Shown: positions 17,448 to 26,864 of the stretch, in pieces
Numbering within the stretch: position 1 is the first letter of the stretch
Layout: the number at the start of each line of letters is the position of its first letter
Assembly: GCA_045654585.1 (NCBI GenBank)
Contig: JAZONS010000066.1
Coordinates: 21,369-85,368 of the forward strand
Direction: 5' to 3'
Source: Eubacteriales bacterium
GTDB taxonomy: Bacteria > Bacillota > Clostridia > Oscillospirales > CAG-272
DNA: 64,000 nucleotides
Program-made: the position numbers and the translations under genes
Notes under the pieces: generated by a model
Seen by the model: the letters and a program-made list of their open reading frames with translations, nothing else
The model's database searches: none
What the model was told of the DNA's origin: nothing

Positions 17448-17588
17448 ATGTGCTGTTGATTTTGCCCAACACAAAATCAATCGTACCGCCTTACGGCATC
17501 ACATCGAAAATTATGGATTTTCGCACATTTCTTGAAATATAGTCGTTCGAGCTTGCCGGCAAGCTGACAGACTCGAACTTCGTATATT
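17448..17588. other. Highly structured intergenic element (REP-like or ncRNA)
   Basis: Several nested hairpins, including the perfect palindrome AGCTTGCCGGCAAGCT. Confidence 0.45.
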
Positions 17589-17650
17589 ATCGGATATTAC
17601 TTTATTTTATGTAAAAAATATAAAAATAAACCAATAAAGGAGAAAATATT

Positions 17651-18124
17651 ATGATAGTTATCGAAATGGAAAACGGCGGCAAGATCGAGCTTGAGCTCTA
17701 CCCCGAATTCGCTCCCGAAACAGTTAAAAACTTTGAAACTCTCGTTTCTCAGGGTTTCTATGACGGACTTACGTTCCACAGAGTTATCCCCGGATTTATG
17801 ATCCAGGGCGGAGATCCTCTGGGAAACGGAATGGGCGGTTCCGAAAAGAAGATCAAGGGTGAGTTCAGAGCAAACGGCTTTGGCAAAAACACCCTTAAAC
17901 ACGAGCGCGGTGTTATCTCAATGGCAAGAGCATTCGATCCTAACTCCGCATCGTCTCAGTTCTTTATTATGCATGCTGATGCGCCTCACCTTGACGGTTC
18001 TTATGCGGCATTCGGTAAGGTTATTTCCGGAATCGAGGTCGTTGACGAGATCGCTTCTATCCCCACGGATTACAGTGACAGACCAAAGATCGCCGTAAGA
18101 ATAAAGAAGGCTTCTATTGTATAA
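17651..18124 (+). CDS. ppiB: Cyclophilin-type peptidyl-prolyl isomerase
   Basis: FYDGLTFHRVIPGFMIQGGDP, SMARA..SASSQFFI and LDGSYAAFG. Confidence 0.93.
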   Translation: MIVIEMENGGKIELELYPEFAPETVKNFETLVSQGFYDGLTFHRVIPGFMIQGGDPLGNGMGGSEKKIKGEFRANGFGKNTLKHERGVISMARAFDPNSASSQFFIMHADAPHLDGSYAAFGKVISGIEVVDEIASIPTDYSDRPKIAVRIKKASIV

Positions 18125-18126
18125 AC

Positions 18127-18162
18127 AAAAATGCAGAACGGTACACTGTTCTGCATTTTTTA
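18127..18162 (+). terminator. Intrinsic terminator
   Basis: AAAAATGCAGAAC / GTTCTGCATTTTT. Confidence 0.75.
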
Positions 18163-18391
18163 TATCTTATTTCTATTTGTAGATATATATTGACTATTTC
18201 GATACAGCCACCTCTCATACCAATAATTAGTCAAAACAATAAAATTATAATAAAACATCAGAATATTATAAATGTTGCCGATAGAACAAATATAATAAAT
18301 TTTAGTGGTCTGCTTCATTCAGGCGGGAGCATTATTTTTGTTCAGTGTATTATGAAACAAATCGGACTTTTTTTAACATTTGAAAAAACTA

Positions 18392-18420
18392 TTGCATTTT
18401 TCTTATTTATATGTTAGACT
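18392..18420 (+). promoter_or_regulatory. Sigma-A promoter of the vanZ triplet
   Basis: TTGCAT-17-TAGACT with extended TG. Confidence 0.55.
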
Positions 18421-18459
18421 ATTTAGGTATTTTTTGTAAATTCCGGTATTGGAGATCGT

Positions 18460-19035
18460 ATGCTGAAGATATATCGTAAAAATACTGAAATTAATAGAGT
18501 TTTTTTATCTGCTACTCTTATCAACTTTTTGATAATAGTATGCTGGATAATAATATTTAAAGTAAACCGATTATGGGTCCCCGAAATAAAAGAATTTTCT
18601 CGGGCGCTATCTATAAAGCAGCGCATCGGGAAAAATATAATCCCGGGGTATTCAGTGTTAAATTCATTGAGGAATAACGGCTTTTCGTTTTCTTCAGATC
18701 ACTTCCTTAATGTTCTCGTTTTTCTTCCATATGGAATTTTGCTCCCGTTTTTCTTTAAAAAGAAAAAATACTTCTATACCATTTTGACAATCATAGGTTC
18801 AACGCTGTTTTTCGAGCTGTTTCAGCTTTTTACATACATTGGATATTTTGATACCAGTGATTTTATCACAAATATACTTGGTGGCTGCCTGGGGATTCTA
18901 TTATATAAATATGTTTTCTTAAAAGTGAAAGGCAATGTTATAAATATTATAAGCTCAACCATAACCCTTGTAGCTTCTCCAATTTCTGTATATGCAATAG
19001 TTAATACTATCATCCACATTGATTATTATATTTAG
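18460..19035 (+). CDS. VanZ family membrane protein (copy 1)
   Basis: LNVLVFLPYG..ELFQ..GYFDTSDFITNILG. Confidence 0.85.
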   Translation: MLKIYRKNTEINRVFLSATLINFLIIVCWIIIFKVNRLWVPEIKEFSRALSIKQRIGKNIIPGYSVLNSLRNNGFSFSSDHFLNVLVFLPYGILLPFFFKKKKYFYTILTIIGSTLFFELFQLFTYIGYFDTSDFITNILGGCLGILLYKYVFLKVKGNVINIISSTITLVASPISVYAIVNTIIHIDYYI

Positions 19036-19043
19036 GAGGAATT

Positions 19044-19619
19044 ATGCTCAAACCTTTAAAAAAATACAGAGATCTCAGCAAATTATATCTTGGCGTAACC
19101 TTTACTTTGTTTATTCTTATCTTGCTATGGATAGTAGTATTCAAAGCCAATATTCCAATTACACCGGTACGTATAGCGATAACTAAAGCAATGACAATCC
19201 CGGAAAGATTTGAGCTTGGTAATTATCCATTCAAAAACCTCTTCGTTGATGCAGAGGGCCATTTCGTTTCACGCCTAAGAGAGCACTTCCTTAACATTCT
19301 GGTTTTCCTACCGTTCGGTTTCTTACTTCCGTTCTTTATAAAAAAAAGAAAAGCTCTTATCACTTCAATAGTATTTATTGTATTTACAATCGGATTCGAG
19401 ATGTTCCAGTTACTTACAGGTCTCGGCGGTTTCGACGTAACAGATCTTATGACAAATACTCTCGGCGGCTTCTTCGGACTTTGGCTTTACAAAGTCGCTT
19501 TTTCGAAAATGCCCGACCACGTAATAAACAGAATAAGCTTCATCGTCAATATAATCTTCGTTCCTGTCGCAGTATTTGCTATTATTAATACCGTAAACCA
19601 TTTTGATTATTATATATAG
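19044..19619 (+). CDS. VanZ family membrane protein (copy 2)
   Basis: LNILVFLPFG..EMFQ..GGFDVTDLMTNTLG. Confidence 0.85.
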   Translation: MLKPLKKYRDLSKLYLGVTFTLFILILLWIVVFKANIPITPVRIAITKAMTIPERFELGNYPFKNLFVDAEGHFVSRLREHFLNILVFLPFGFLLPFFIKKRKALITSIVFIVFTIGFEMFQLLTGLGGFDVTDLMTNTLGGFFGLWLYKVAFSKMPDHVINRISFIVNIIFVPVAVFAIINTVNHFDYYI

Positions 19620-19627
19620 GAGGTATT

Positions 19628-20212
19628 ATGATCAAACCACTTAAACCCCTAAAAAAATATTCGGATATCAGCAAAGCATACATGATCATAACTTTATCAT
19701 TATTTATATTGCTACTTATTTGGATAGTTGTTTTTAAAGCAAATATTGATAACATTGACAAAAAAATTGCGGCTATTAAAGCTAAAACAATAGCTGAGAG
19801 ATTCAGAGGCGGTCTTATTCCGTTTAGCAATCTTATGAATCGCAAAACAAGTGTTTTTTTGCGAAAATTAAGAGAGCACGTTCTAAACGTTTTTGTATTT
19901 GTACCATTCGGCGTGCTCCTGCCGTTCTTCATAAAAAAAAGGAAATCGCTTATCACTGCGATCATATTTACAATCACAACTTTCGCGTTTGAGATACAAC
20001 AGCTCCTTACCGGTCTTGGCGGCTTTGACGTTACCGATCTTATGACAAATATTCTCGGCGGATTTATCGGACTCTGGCTTTACAAAGTCGCTTTTTCGAA
20101 AATTCCCGACCACGTAATAAACAGAATAAGCTTCGTCGTCAATATAATCTTTGCCCCTGTCTTGGTATTCGCTATTCTGAACACGATAAAGCATTTCGAT
20201 TATTACATATAA
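19628..20212 (+). CDS. VanZ family membrane protein (copy 3)
   Basis: LNVFVFVPFG..EIQQ..GGFDVTDLMTNILG. Confidence 0.85.
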   Translation: MIKPLKPLKKYSDISKAYMIITLSLFILLLIWIVVFKANIDNIDKKIAAIKAKTIAERFRGGLIPFSNLMNRKTSVFLRKLREHVLNVFVFVPFGVLLPFFIKKRKSLITAIIFTITTFAFEIQQLLTGLGGFDVTDLMTNILGGFIGLWLYKVAFSKIPDHVINRISFVVNIIFAPVLVFAILNTIKHFDYYI

Positions 20213-20223
20213 TTAAACATAAT

Positions 20224-20265
20224 AAAAACATCCTCCGCATAAAATATTGCGGAGGATGTTTTTTT
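20224..20265 (+). terminator. Intrinsic terminator that overlaps the RBS of the next gene
   Basis: AAAAACATCCTCCGCA / TGCGGAGGATGTTTTT. Confidence 0.7.
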
Positions 20266-21567
20266 ATGTCTTTGCTTACTTTATTGCCTTTAATGATTAT
20301 TGTTGTCGGCGGATATATACTTATTAAACTCCGTTTCTTTTATATTTTACACCCAATAAGAACACTAAAATTTACATTTGACGGTCAAAACACAAAAAAA
20401 TCTATCTTCTCACTGTTGCTAGCCTTGGCCGGAACACTTGGTGTCGGAAATATAGTCGGAGTTGCGTTCGGTATCTATGCCGGCGGTGCAGGAAGTGTTT
20501 TCTGGCTTTGCATTTCCGCCTTCTTTTCCTCCGCTATAAAATACTCTGAGGTTGGTCTTTCATCCCGATACACTAACGGGAAAGGCTTTATAAGTGTCGT
20601 AGAAGATTCAGGTGAGTTCCGAGGATTACTCTCAAAGCTATACGCAGCTCTCGCGCTTATACTTTCGTTTGCGATGGGTTCACTTTTGCAAGCGGGGGCA
20701 ATTTCGGATGCTATAAAATCTTTTGACGTAAAAATCCACATTCCTTTACTTGCTGTAATATTTATCTTTACGTGTGCTGTTTGCCTGCTGGGAAAGAATA
20801 GAATCAAAAATGCGGTTGCCGCTGTCATTCCCACAGCTACCGCTGTTTACTCGTTTTGCTGCCTATTTATTGTTTTTGCTGAAGCCCACAAAATTCCCGA
20901 GGTTATTAAAAGTATTCTCTCCTCCGCATTTAGTTTCTCTTCTTTGGCGGGAGGTTTTTCTGCATTTCTGATCTCAAGCGGTATTAAAGAGGGCTTTGCG
21001 CGAGGTCTGCTTTCAAACGAGGCGGGCGCGGGTACGTCATCCTTTTCTCACACGTCGCATATGGAAAACGAAAAGACTGATACGGCATCAAATCTATACG
21101 ATGAGAATTACCCCAAAAGGGCTGCCGTATATGGAGTATTAGAGGTTATATTTGATACACTTATTCTCTGCCCTCTTACAGCATTTGCTATTCTTTTAGG
21201 TAAAGGAAACCACAATTTACTTGGAACACTTGGTGAGCTATCCGATATTTTTGAAAGCTATATCGGAACGAGAGCACCTGTTTTACTTTTATTCTCAATT
21301 ACATCCTTTGCAGTATCAACAACTCTTTGCTGGTATTATTACGGGCGTGTATCATTTTCCTATCTGACACACGGTAAAGCTTTAAGCGTTTTCTCGGTTT
21401 TATTTATTTTTTCATTTGCAATCGGACTTATTTTTAACATACCGTCCTTAATCTTCGTAAATGATACTGTTTTATTTTTACTCTCTGTCATTACGCTATA
21501 TACGTTGATAAGACAGCGGAAGAAAATCGCAAATCTGATAATTAGCGATAATAAAAAGGATAGCTGA
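20266..21567 (+). CDS. Alanine/glycine:cation symporter (AGCS/AlsT family)
   Basis: ALAGTLGVGNIVGVA, RGLLSNEAGAG and EVIFDTLILC. Confidence 0.85.
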   Translation: MSLLTLLPLMIIVVGGYILIKLRFFYILHPIRTLKFTFDGQNTKKSIFSLLLALAGTLGVGNIVGVAFGIYAGGAGSVFWLCISAFFSSAIKYSEVGLSSRYTNGKGFISVVEDSGEFRGLLSKLYAALALILSFAMGSLLQAGAISDAIKSFDVKIHIPLLAVIFIFTCAVCLLGKNRIKNAVAAVIPTATAVYSFCCLFIVFAEAHKIPEVIKSILSSAFSFSSLAGGFSAFLISSGIKEGFARGLLSNEAGAGTSSFSHTSHMENEKTDTASNLYDENYPKRAAVYGVLEVIFDTLILCPLTAFAILLGKGNHNLLGTLGELSDIFESYIGTRAPVLLLFSITSFAVSTTLCWYYYGRVSFSYLTHGKALSVFSVLFIFSFAIGLIFNIPSLIFVNDTVLFLLSVITLYTLIRQRKKIANLIISDNKKDS

Positions 21568-21587
21568 AAATTCGGCTATCCTTTTTT
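21553..21587. terminator. Bidirectional terminator
   Basis: AAAAAGGATAGCTGAA / TTCGGCTATCCTTTTTT. Confidence 0.7.
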
Positions 21588-21597
21588 AAAATCATTC

Positions 21598-22794
21598 TTA
21601 AAGAATTCTTATATGCGATTTAGGCGTGATATCTAATTCTGCGAGAATTCTCTCAAGCTCCACCTCTGAAATCTCAGGAGTTATAACGGCATACTCATCA
21701 CCGTTCTCGATAACGGTGCAGCTCTGAATTCTCTCGATAACCTTACCGTAGCATCCCTTGCAAAGCGCAAGATAATGCTTTGATGTGAATTCGTCAAACG
21801 AAAGCATATCTTCACACTTTTCAAAAACAGGAGCGCTGCAGCTCGTTCCGCTTATCATTACCTGCATAAGATCTCCGACTACTGCCGACGCGGTTGCACC
21901 CGCACCTGCTCCCTGACCGTAGAACATTACGTTTCCGAGAGGGTCTGCTATGACCTCAATCGCATTATAAACACCGCTTACACCCGAAAGAGGCATTCCG
22001 CTTGAAACAATAAACGGAGCGACCATTGCAAACAGCTCGCCATTTTTGTTTATTCCTCTGCCGACAAGCTTTATGGTTGCGCCCATCTTTGATGCCGCGC
22101 TGACGTCGTTATCGCGGATATTGGTTATTCCCTCGGTATGAATTTTTGAGGTGGGTAAAAGCTTGCCCGATATAAGCGCTGTAAGAATGGCGGTCTTTCT
22201 GCAAGCATCGGTGCCGAGAATATCAGCATCGGGATTGCTCTCGGCATATCCCTTTTTCTGCGCATCGCGTAGCGCAGACTCGAAGCTCTGACCGTAAGTG
22301 AACATCTGAGTTAAAATATAGTTGGTTGTTCCGTTAAGTATACCTCTTACCTCGGTTATCTTATTCTGGCCTATGCAACAGATCATTGGAGAGATAACGG
22401 GGATACCTCCTCCGACAGCTGCCTCAAACCTATAGCAAACTCCGTTTTCCTTCGCAAGAGTTAAGAACTCATCGCCATAGTTCGCAACTACCTCTTTGTT
22501 GGAGGTGATGACGCTCTTACCCGCTTTAAGTGCCGCTACGGTATATTCATATGCGGGGTGGCTGCCACCCATTACCTCAATCACTACCGATACCTCGGGA
22601 TCGTTTACTATTACCGAATAATCGTGGATAACGCGATCCGCAAAGGGAGATTCCGGAAAATCACGGAGGTCGAGCACGTATTTGATATTTATATCATCGC
22701 CGCCAAGCTTTGTTACTTCATTTTTATTATCAGTTATGAGCTTTGCGACGCCGCTTCCGACTACGCCAAAGCCAAGAATAGCTATATTTGTCAT
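21598..22794 (-). CDS. hom: Homoserine dehydrogenase
   Basis: ILGFGVVGSG, FEAAVGGGIP, GILNGTTNYIL and GQGAG..TASAV. Confidence 0.95.
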   Translation of the reverse strand: MTNIAILGFGVVGSGVAKLITDNKNEVTKLGGDDINIKYVLDLRDFPESPFADRVIHDYSVIVNDPEVSVVIEVMGGSHPAYEYTVAALKAGKSVITSNKEVVANYGDEFLTLAKENGVCYRFEAAVGGGIPVISPMICCIGQNKITEVRGILNGTTNYILTQMFTYGQSFESALRDAQKKGYAESNPDADILGTDACRKTAILTALISGKLLPTSKIHTEGITNIRDNDVSAASKMGATIKLVGRGINKNGELFAMVAPFIVSSGMPLSGVSGVYNAIEVIADPLGNVMFYGQGAGAGATASAVVGDLMQVMISGTSCSAPVFEKCEDMLSFDEFTSKHYLALCKGCYGKVIERIQSCTVIENGDEYAVITPEISEVELERILAELDITPKSHIRIL

Positions 22795-22945
22795 TCCTAT
22801 TTCCTCTTTTAAAAATAATATCACAATTCTACCATATATTACGTCAAAAATCAAGATTATTCGAAGAATTTACTTAAGTTTTGTATTCAACTCGCTTTCA
22901 CCTAACGGTATACTCGAATAACCGAAAAATATTTTTTCTTTCAAT

Positions 22946-22975
22946 GAATAACTTCCCTTCTTTATGTGGAAAATA
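22946..22975 (+). promoter_or_regulatory. Putative SigF-type promoter
   Basis: GAATA-15-GTGGAAAATA upstream of a spoIIQ-like gene. Confidence 0.4.
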
Positions 22976-23013
22976 CAAACAGCATTTCATATGAAAGGAA
23001 AGTTTAATTCAAA

Positions 23014-23721
23014 ATGGAAAAGAAAATCAAGTTCAGCGACAAAAATGCGGTTTCCAAGATCGTTTACCTCACAGTTATTGCTATTTTATGCGTAAGCGCA
23101 ATCGTTATCGGCATCGTTGCGTCAAACAACAGAAAAAGACCCTCCGACACCGATACAAAACCTCCTGTATCGGACGGTACAACTCCGGATGGAGATAATG
23201 AAAACAACGGCACAAACGGCGGTAACGATAATGAAAACGAGAACGTGAAGCCGACTCTTACTTTCGTTTGCCCGACAAGCGGTACTGTTTATAAGTCCCA
23301 CAGCACCACAACGCCTGTTTTCTCAAATACGCTCGATGAATGGCGTATTCACACCGGTATCGATATTTCAACAGAGGACGGTGCTTCTGTCTTTGCGGTT
23401 TGCGATGGAGAGGTAACCGGAGTTTATAACGATCCAATGCTAGGTCAGACTATCGAGATCACCCACAGTGATACTCATAAGAGCTATTACTCCAATCTCG
23501 CTAAGGATACGATCACCAATAAAGTAGGCGATACCGTGAAGCAGGGTGATACTATAGGTTACGTCGGAGATACCACAATTTCCGAGCTTGCAGACGAGCC
23601 TCATCTTCACTTTGAAATGGAGGTCAGCGGAGAGAGCGTCAATCCCCTCGATTACTTCACCGAGGAATCAAAGCTTACGTCACTTGGTATTGTTACGGGT
23701 GACCCCGAGAGCGATAACTAA
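23014..23721 (+). CDS. M23 peptidase, SpoIIQ-like
   Basis: N-terminal TM, low-complexity linker, TLDEWRIHTGIDI, YSNL and PHLHFE. Confidence 0.75.
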   Translation: MEKKIKFSDKNAVSKIVYLTVIAILCVSAIVIGIVASNNRKRPSDTDTKPPVSDGTTPDGDNENNGTNGGNDNENENVKPTLTFVCPTSGTVYKSHSTTTPVFSNTLDEWRIHTGIDISTEDGASVFAVCDGEVTGVYNDPMLGQTIEITHSDTHKSYYSNLAKDTITNKVGDTVKQGDTIGYVGDTTISELADEPHLHFEMEVSGESVNPLDYFTEESKLTSLGIVTGDPESDN

Positions 23722-23852
23722 GATTTACGCTTTACCACTATTTTGACTAAAACAAAAAAATTTTATTTAATCATAGAAGAAAAGCCATCGCAAAACACGT
23801 TTAAGTGAATTGCGATGGCTCGTTTTTTGTATTAAATTCTGTGTTATCCGGC

Positions 23853-26800
23853 CTAAATATCGTACTTAGCAAGTATCTCACTTGGAGTCTTACGAAGAAG
23901 CGAAATAACCGGGAGAGTTCCAAAGAAGATGCTTATTGTGTAAAGAATTACAAGCACTGCGCCCGCAAGCCAAAGAGGATAATAAAATACGTCTGCTACA
24001 AGCGACGACATACCGAGGCAAAGCGCGATAAACGTGCTCGTAAGCAAATATCCAAACAAAACCGTCAAGGTTGCAAACACTGCCGATTCAACGAAGAATC
24101 TGAATACTATATTTTTCTTTGAGACTCCGATTGCGCGGTATATGCCGATTTCTTTTATACGAATCATAAGCGAAGACCGCATAATGAAATACATACAAAC
24201 ACTCATAAGAACGAGCATCAGAGAAAGAGCAACAAGTTTTTTTACAATATCAGCCGTCTTTTCTCTCATAAGCTCGTCATATACATCATCCGGCGTGAGG
24301 ATTGCCACGCTGTATGCATCCGGAGCTGCAAGGGTTGCAAATTCGCTTGATAGCCACGCTTCCGTTTTCGCCGTATTGTTTGAATGAATTACCGTGTAAT
24401 AGTATACGGAGCCGTAATACCCCTTATCTCTTTCCACAACTACTTCTCTTTCTACAGAAAGGGTTTCGACTGCGCTGCCGTCTTCTGCAGAATAAGCAGA
24501 GTCGTTTCTTCGGGGATCAAGAGCACTGCTGTGAGTTTCACCAAGCTGCTTTGAGAAAGCAACATAGTCTTCTTTATCGACCAAGTAAGTATTAATATTG
24601 AATTCCTTCGAATAATCGTTGTTCATATAGAGTTCTTCTTCGTAAAGGGCTCTGTACTCATCTACCGCATTTATGTATAAAGGAATACTGTCAATCGCAG
24701 CTGCAAGCTCTGCATTGGTAGGATATTTACCGTACATCTCCCTGTATACGTTAGCCTGGTAGTATACCTCGGGTAAGAGCGTGAATTTTGCCACGTCAAC
24801 CCCCTTTTCCACGTAGAGAAATACCTCTATATGATTCGGCTCAAAGAAATAATAATCACGGTAGAAGCTATCTACCTCGGAATAGTAATAGTCAAAATAT
24901 TCAAAATTACGCTTTGTCGAAAGCTCCTCGACAGCAGCTTTGAATTCATCCGACCCCTCAGCTAATTCGGGGTTTTCGGTTTTGACTATATCAGAAAAAT
25001 ATGTTTCCGAATCACATTTCTCGATGTAATTGCCGTTAAGCCAAAGTTCGTAAGTCGGATAGTAATATTTGATATCCTTCACTTTAACGTCTCTGCCCTG
25101 AATTTTTATAGTTTCGCCAATTTCGGGCAGATCGCTACGTTCTGTTTTTACAGCGAGAACCGTCTCTCCGCTTGCAACATCTATACCGAAATCCGAATCT
25201 AGCGAAGTAAGAGATGGTGAGCCCATATTTCGAACGTATTTTGCCATATCCGTATCGGTCATATAGATTGCAGGTTCATTTGCTTCAACTATGCCTACTA
25301 TACGGGGACTAGTGCCATCTACCGTAAACATATCGGACGTAAGACCTACAAGATCTCTATACTCTGTGATATATCCAAGCGTTGATTTTTCAAGCAACTC
25401 ATCCGCTACTTTTGTGGAAATAAGAATTTCACCGCCGGATAAATTATCCTTTCTTCCCTCCGCAAGCTTCATATCCTTCGCCAGATCTATACCGAGATAA
25501 ACAGCGTTGGTTCTGAAGTTGTTAACGTAATCGTACGCTTCAAAGGATTCAAAGCTTCCCGTTCTGAAATAAACGTAATCATCTCCCGTAGGATAACGCC
25601 CCGTCAAACGAATATAATCTATACCCGTTTCATCTTTTCCCAAAGAATCTTTTAATTTTGAGGATATCTCACCGTTCTTCGTATATACGTAAAACACGTT
25701 ATGATTATACGATTTCTGCACGTTTATAAGGTCCCTGAAAGCCGTTCCGAAAACTGCGCTCATCAAAACTACAACAGCTGCAAAAAGACTCATACATACT
25801 CGGAGAACAGCCTTACCGTATTTCCTTTTATTGAAGTTTAACGAATATCCGCTTTTAATTGACGATTTTAAGGTAAATAGCTTTCCAAATCCGCTTCCCT
25901 TAACAGCAGGCAGCTTTGACATATCGATTCCACCGCTCTTGGCTTCTTCGTTCGTTCTTTCTCGATAAACTCCATCTCTCAACCTGACCTCGCCGGAGCT
26001 GTCTATTATATGAACCTTTGACGTACCGAAATATACGTATATTTTTCCACCGTTATTGATGATTTTAAGCTTTATCGGTTGCTCGGGCATATCGCCGTAA
26101 TACTCTATTTCGGCAGACGTACCCTTTATTTCGCTTTTCTCAAATTCACCGAGGTAAATATCGTTTTTATCGCGTACGGTAAATCCGTTTGCGGAATCAT
26201 TATCTTTAGTGCTGATAACCTTTCCGTCCTGAAGCTCTATTACTCTGTCGCAATAATAATCAACAAGATTTGCCTCGTGAGTTACAAGCAGCACAAGATG
26301 ATTTTTGGCGACTGCTTTAAGCAAATCCATAATCATCACGGTATTAGCTTCATCCAGGTTTCCCGTAGGCTCATCAGCGAGGATAATTCGAGGATTTTTA
26401 ACTATCGCGCGAGCAATAGCTATACGCTGCTGCTGGCCGCCCGAAAGTGTATCGGGCGTGCGTTTTGCGTATTTTTCCATACCAACGTTTTCAAGCGCGG
26501 CATTAACACGCAGTTCTATTTCGGCAGCGTCCGTCATTCCGCAAAGTCTTAACGCATCGGCTACATTGTCAAAGCAGGATTCTGATTTGTTAAGATTGTA
26601 ATTCTGAAATATGTATCCAATATATTGGTTGCGTATATCATCGGTATTACCCGTTATGTCCTCGCCGTCAACTGTCAGAGTACCCTCTGAGAATTTATCA
26701 AGACCGCCTATAACGTTAAGAAGTGTTGTCTTTCCACACCCGCTTTTACCAAAAATAGCAACCATACCTCTTTCGGGAAGCTCAAGACTTACATCGTCGA

Positions 26801-26864
26801 TTACGTGAATTTCGTTCTGTCGTCCCTTATTATAAAATTTATGCAGACCCTGAATACGAATCAT
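23853..26864 (-). CDS. MacB-type ABC transporter ATPase-permease fusion
   Basis: [17 protein letters not shown] and ADEPTGNLD; C-terminal FtsX-like [12 protein letters not shown]. Confidence 0.9.
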   Translation of the reverse strand: MIRIQGLHKFYNKGRQNEIHVIDDVSLELPERGMVAIFGKSGCGKTTLLNVIGGLDKFSEGTLTVDGEDITGNTDDIRNQYIGYIFQNYNLNKSESCFDNVADALRLCGMTDAAEIELRVNAALENVGMEKYAKRTPDTLSGGQQQRIAIARAIVKNPRIILADEPTGNLDEANTVMIMDLLKAVAKNHLVLLVTHEANLVDYYCDRVIELQDGKVISTKDNDSANGFTVRDKNDIYLGEFEKSEIKGTSAEIEYYGDMPEQPIKLKIINNGGKIYVYFGTSKVHIIDSSGEVRLRDGVYRERTNEEAKSGGIDMSKLPAVKGSGFGKLFTLKSSIKSGYSLNFNKRKYGKAVLRVCMSLFAAVVVLMSAVFGTAFRDLINVQKSYNHNVFYVYTKNGEISSKLKDSLGKDETGIDYIRLTGRYPTGDDYVYFRTGSFESFEAYDYVNNFRTNAVYLGIDLAKDMKLAEGRKDNLSGGEILISTKVADELLEKSTLGYITEYRDLVGLTSDMFTVDGTSPRIVGIVEANEPAIYMTDTDMAKYVRNMGSPSLTSLDSDFGIDVASGETVLAVKTERSDLPEIGETIKIQGRDVKVKDIKYYYPTYELWLNGNYIEKCDSETYFSDIVKTENPELAEGSDEFKAAVEELSTKRNFEYFDYYYSEVDSFYRDYYFFEPNHIEVFLYVEKGVDVAKFTLLPEVYYQANVYREMYGKYPTNAELAAAIDSIPLYINAVDEYRALYEEELYMNNDYSKEFNINTYLVDKEDYVAFSKQLGETHSSALDPRRNDSAYSAEDGSAVETLSVEREVVVERDKGYYGSVYYYTVIHSNNTAKTEAWLSSEFATLAAPDAYSVAILTPDDVYDELMREKTADIVKKLVALSLMLVLMSVCMYFIMRSSLMIRIKEIGIYRAIGVSKKNIVFRFFVESAVFATLTVLFGYLLTSTFIALCLGMSSLVADVFYYPLWLAGAVLVILYTISIFFGTLPVISLLRKTPSEILAKYDI

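Noticed and set aside
18175-18417. Minus-strand hydrophobic frame interrupted only by TGA codons (possible recoded or pseudogene membrane protein)
   Set aside because: It is short and AT-rich with no RBS or recognisable homology. TGA is used as a normal stop by several genes in this window.
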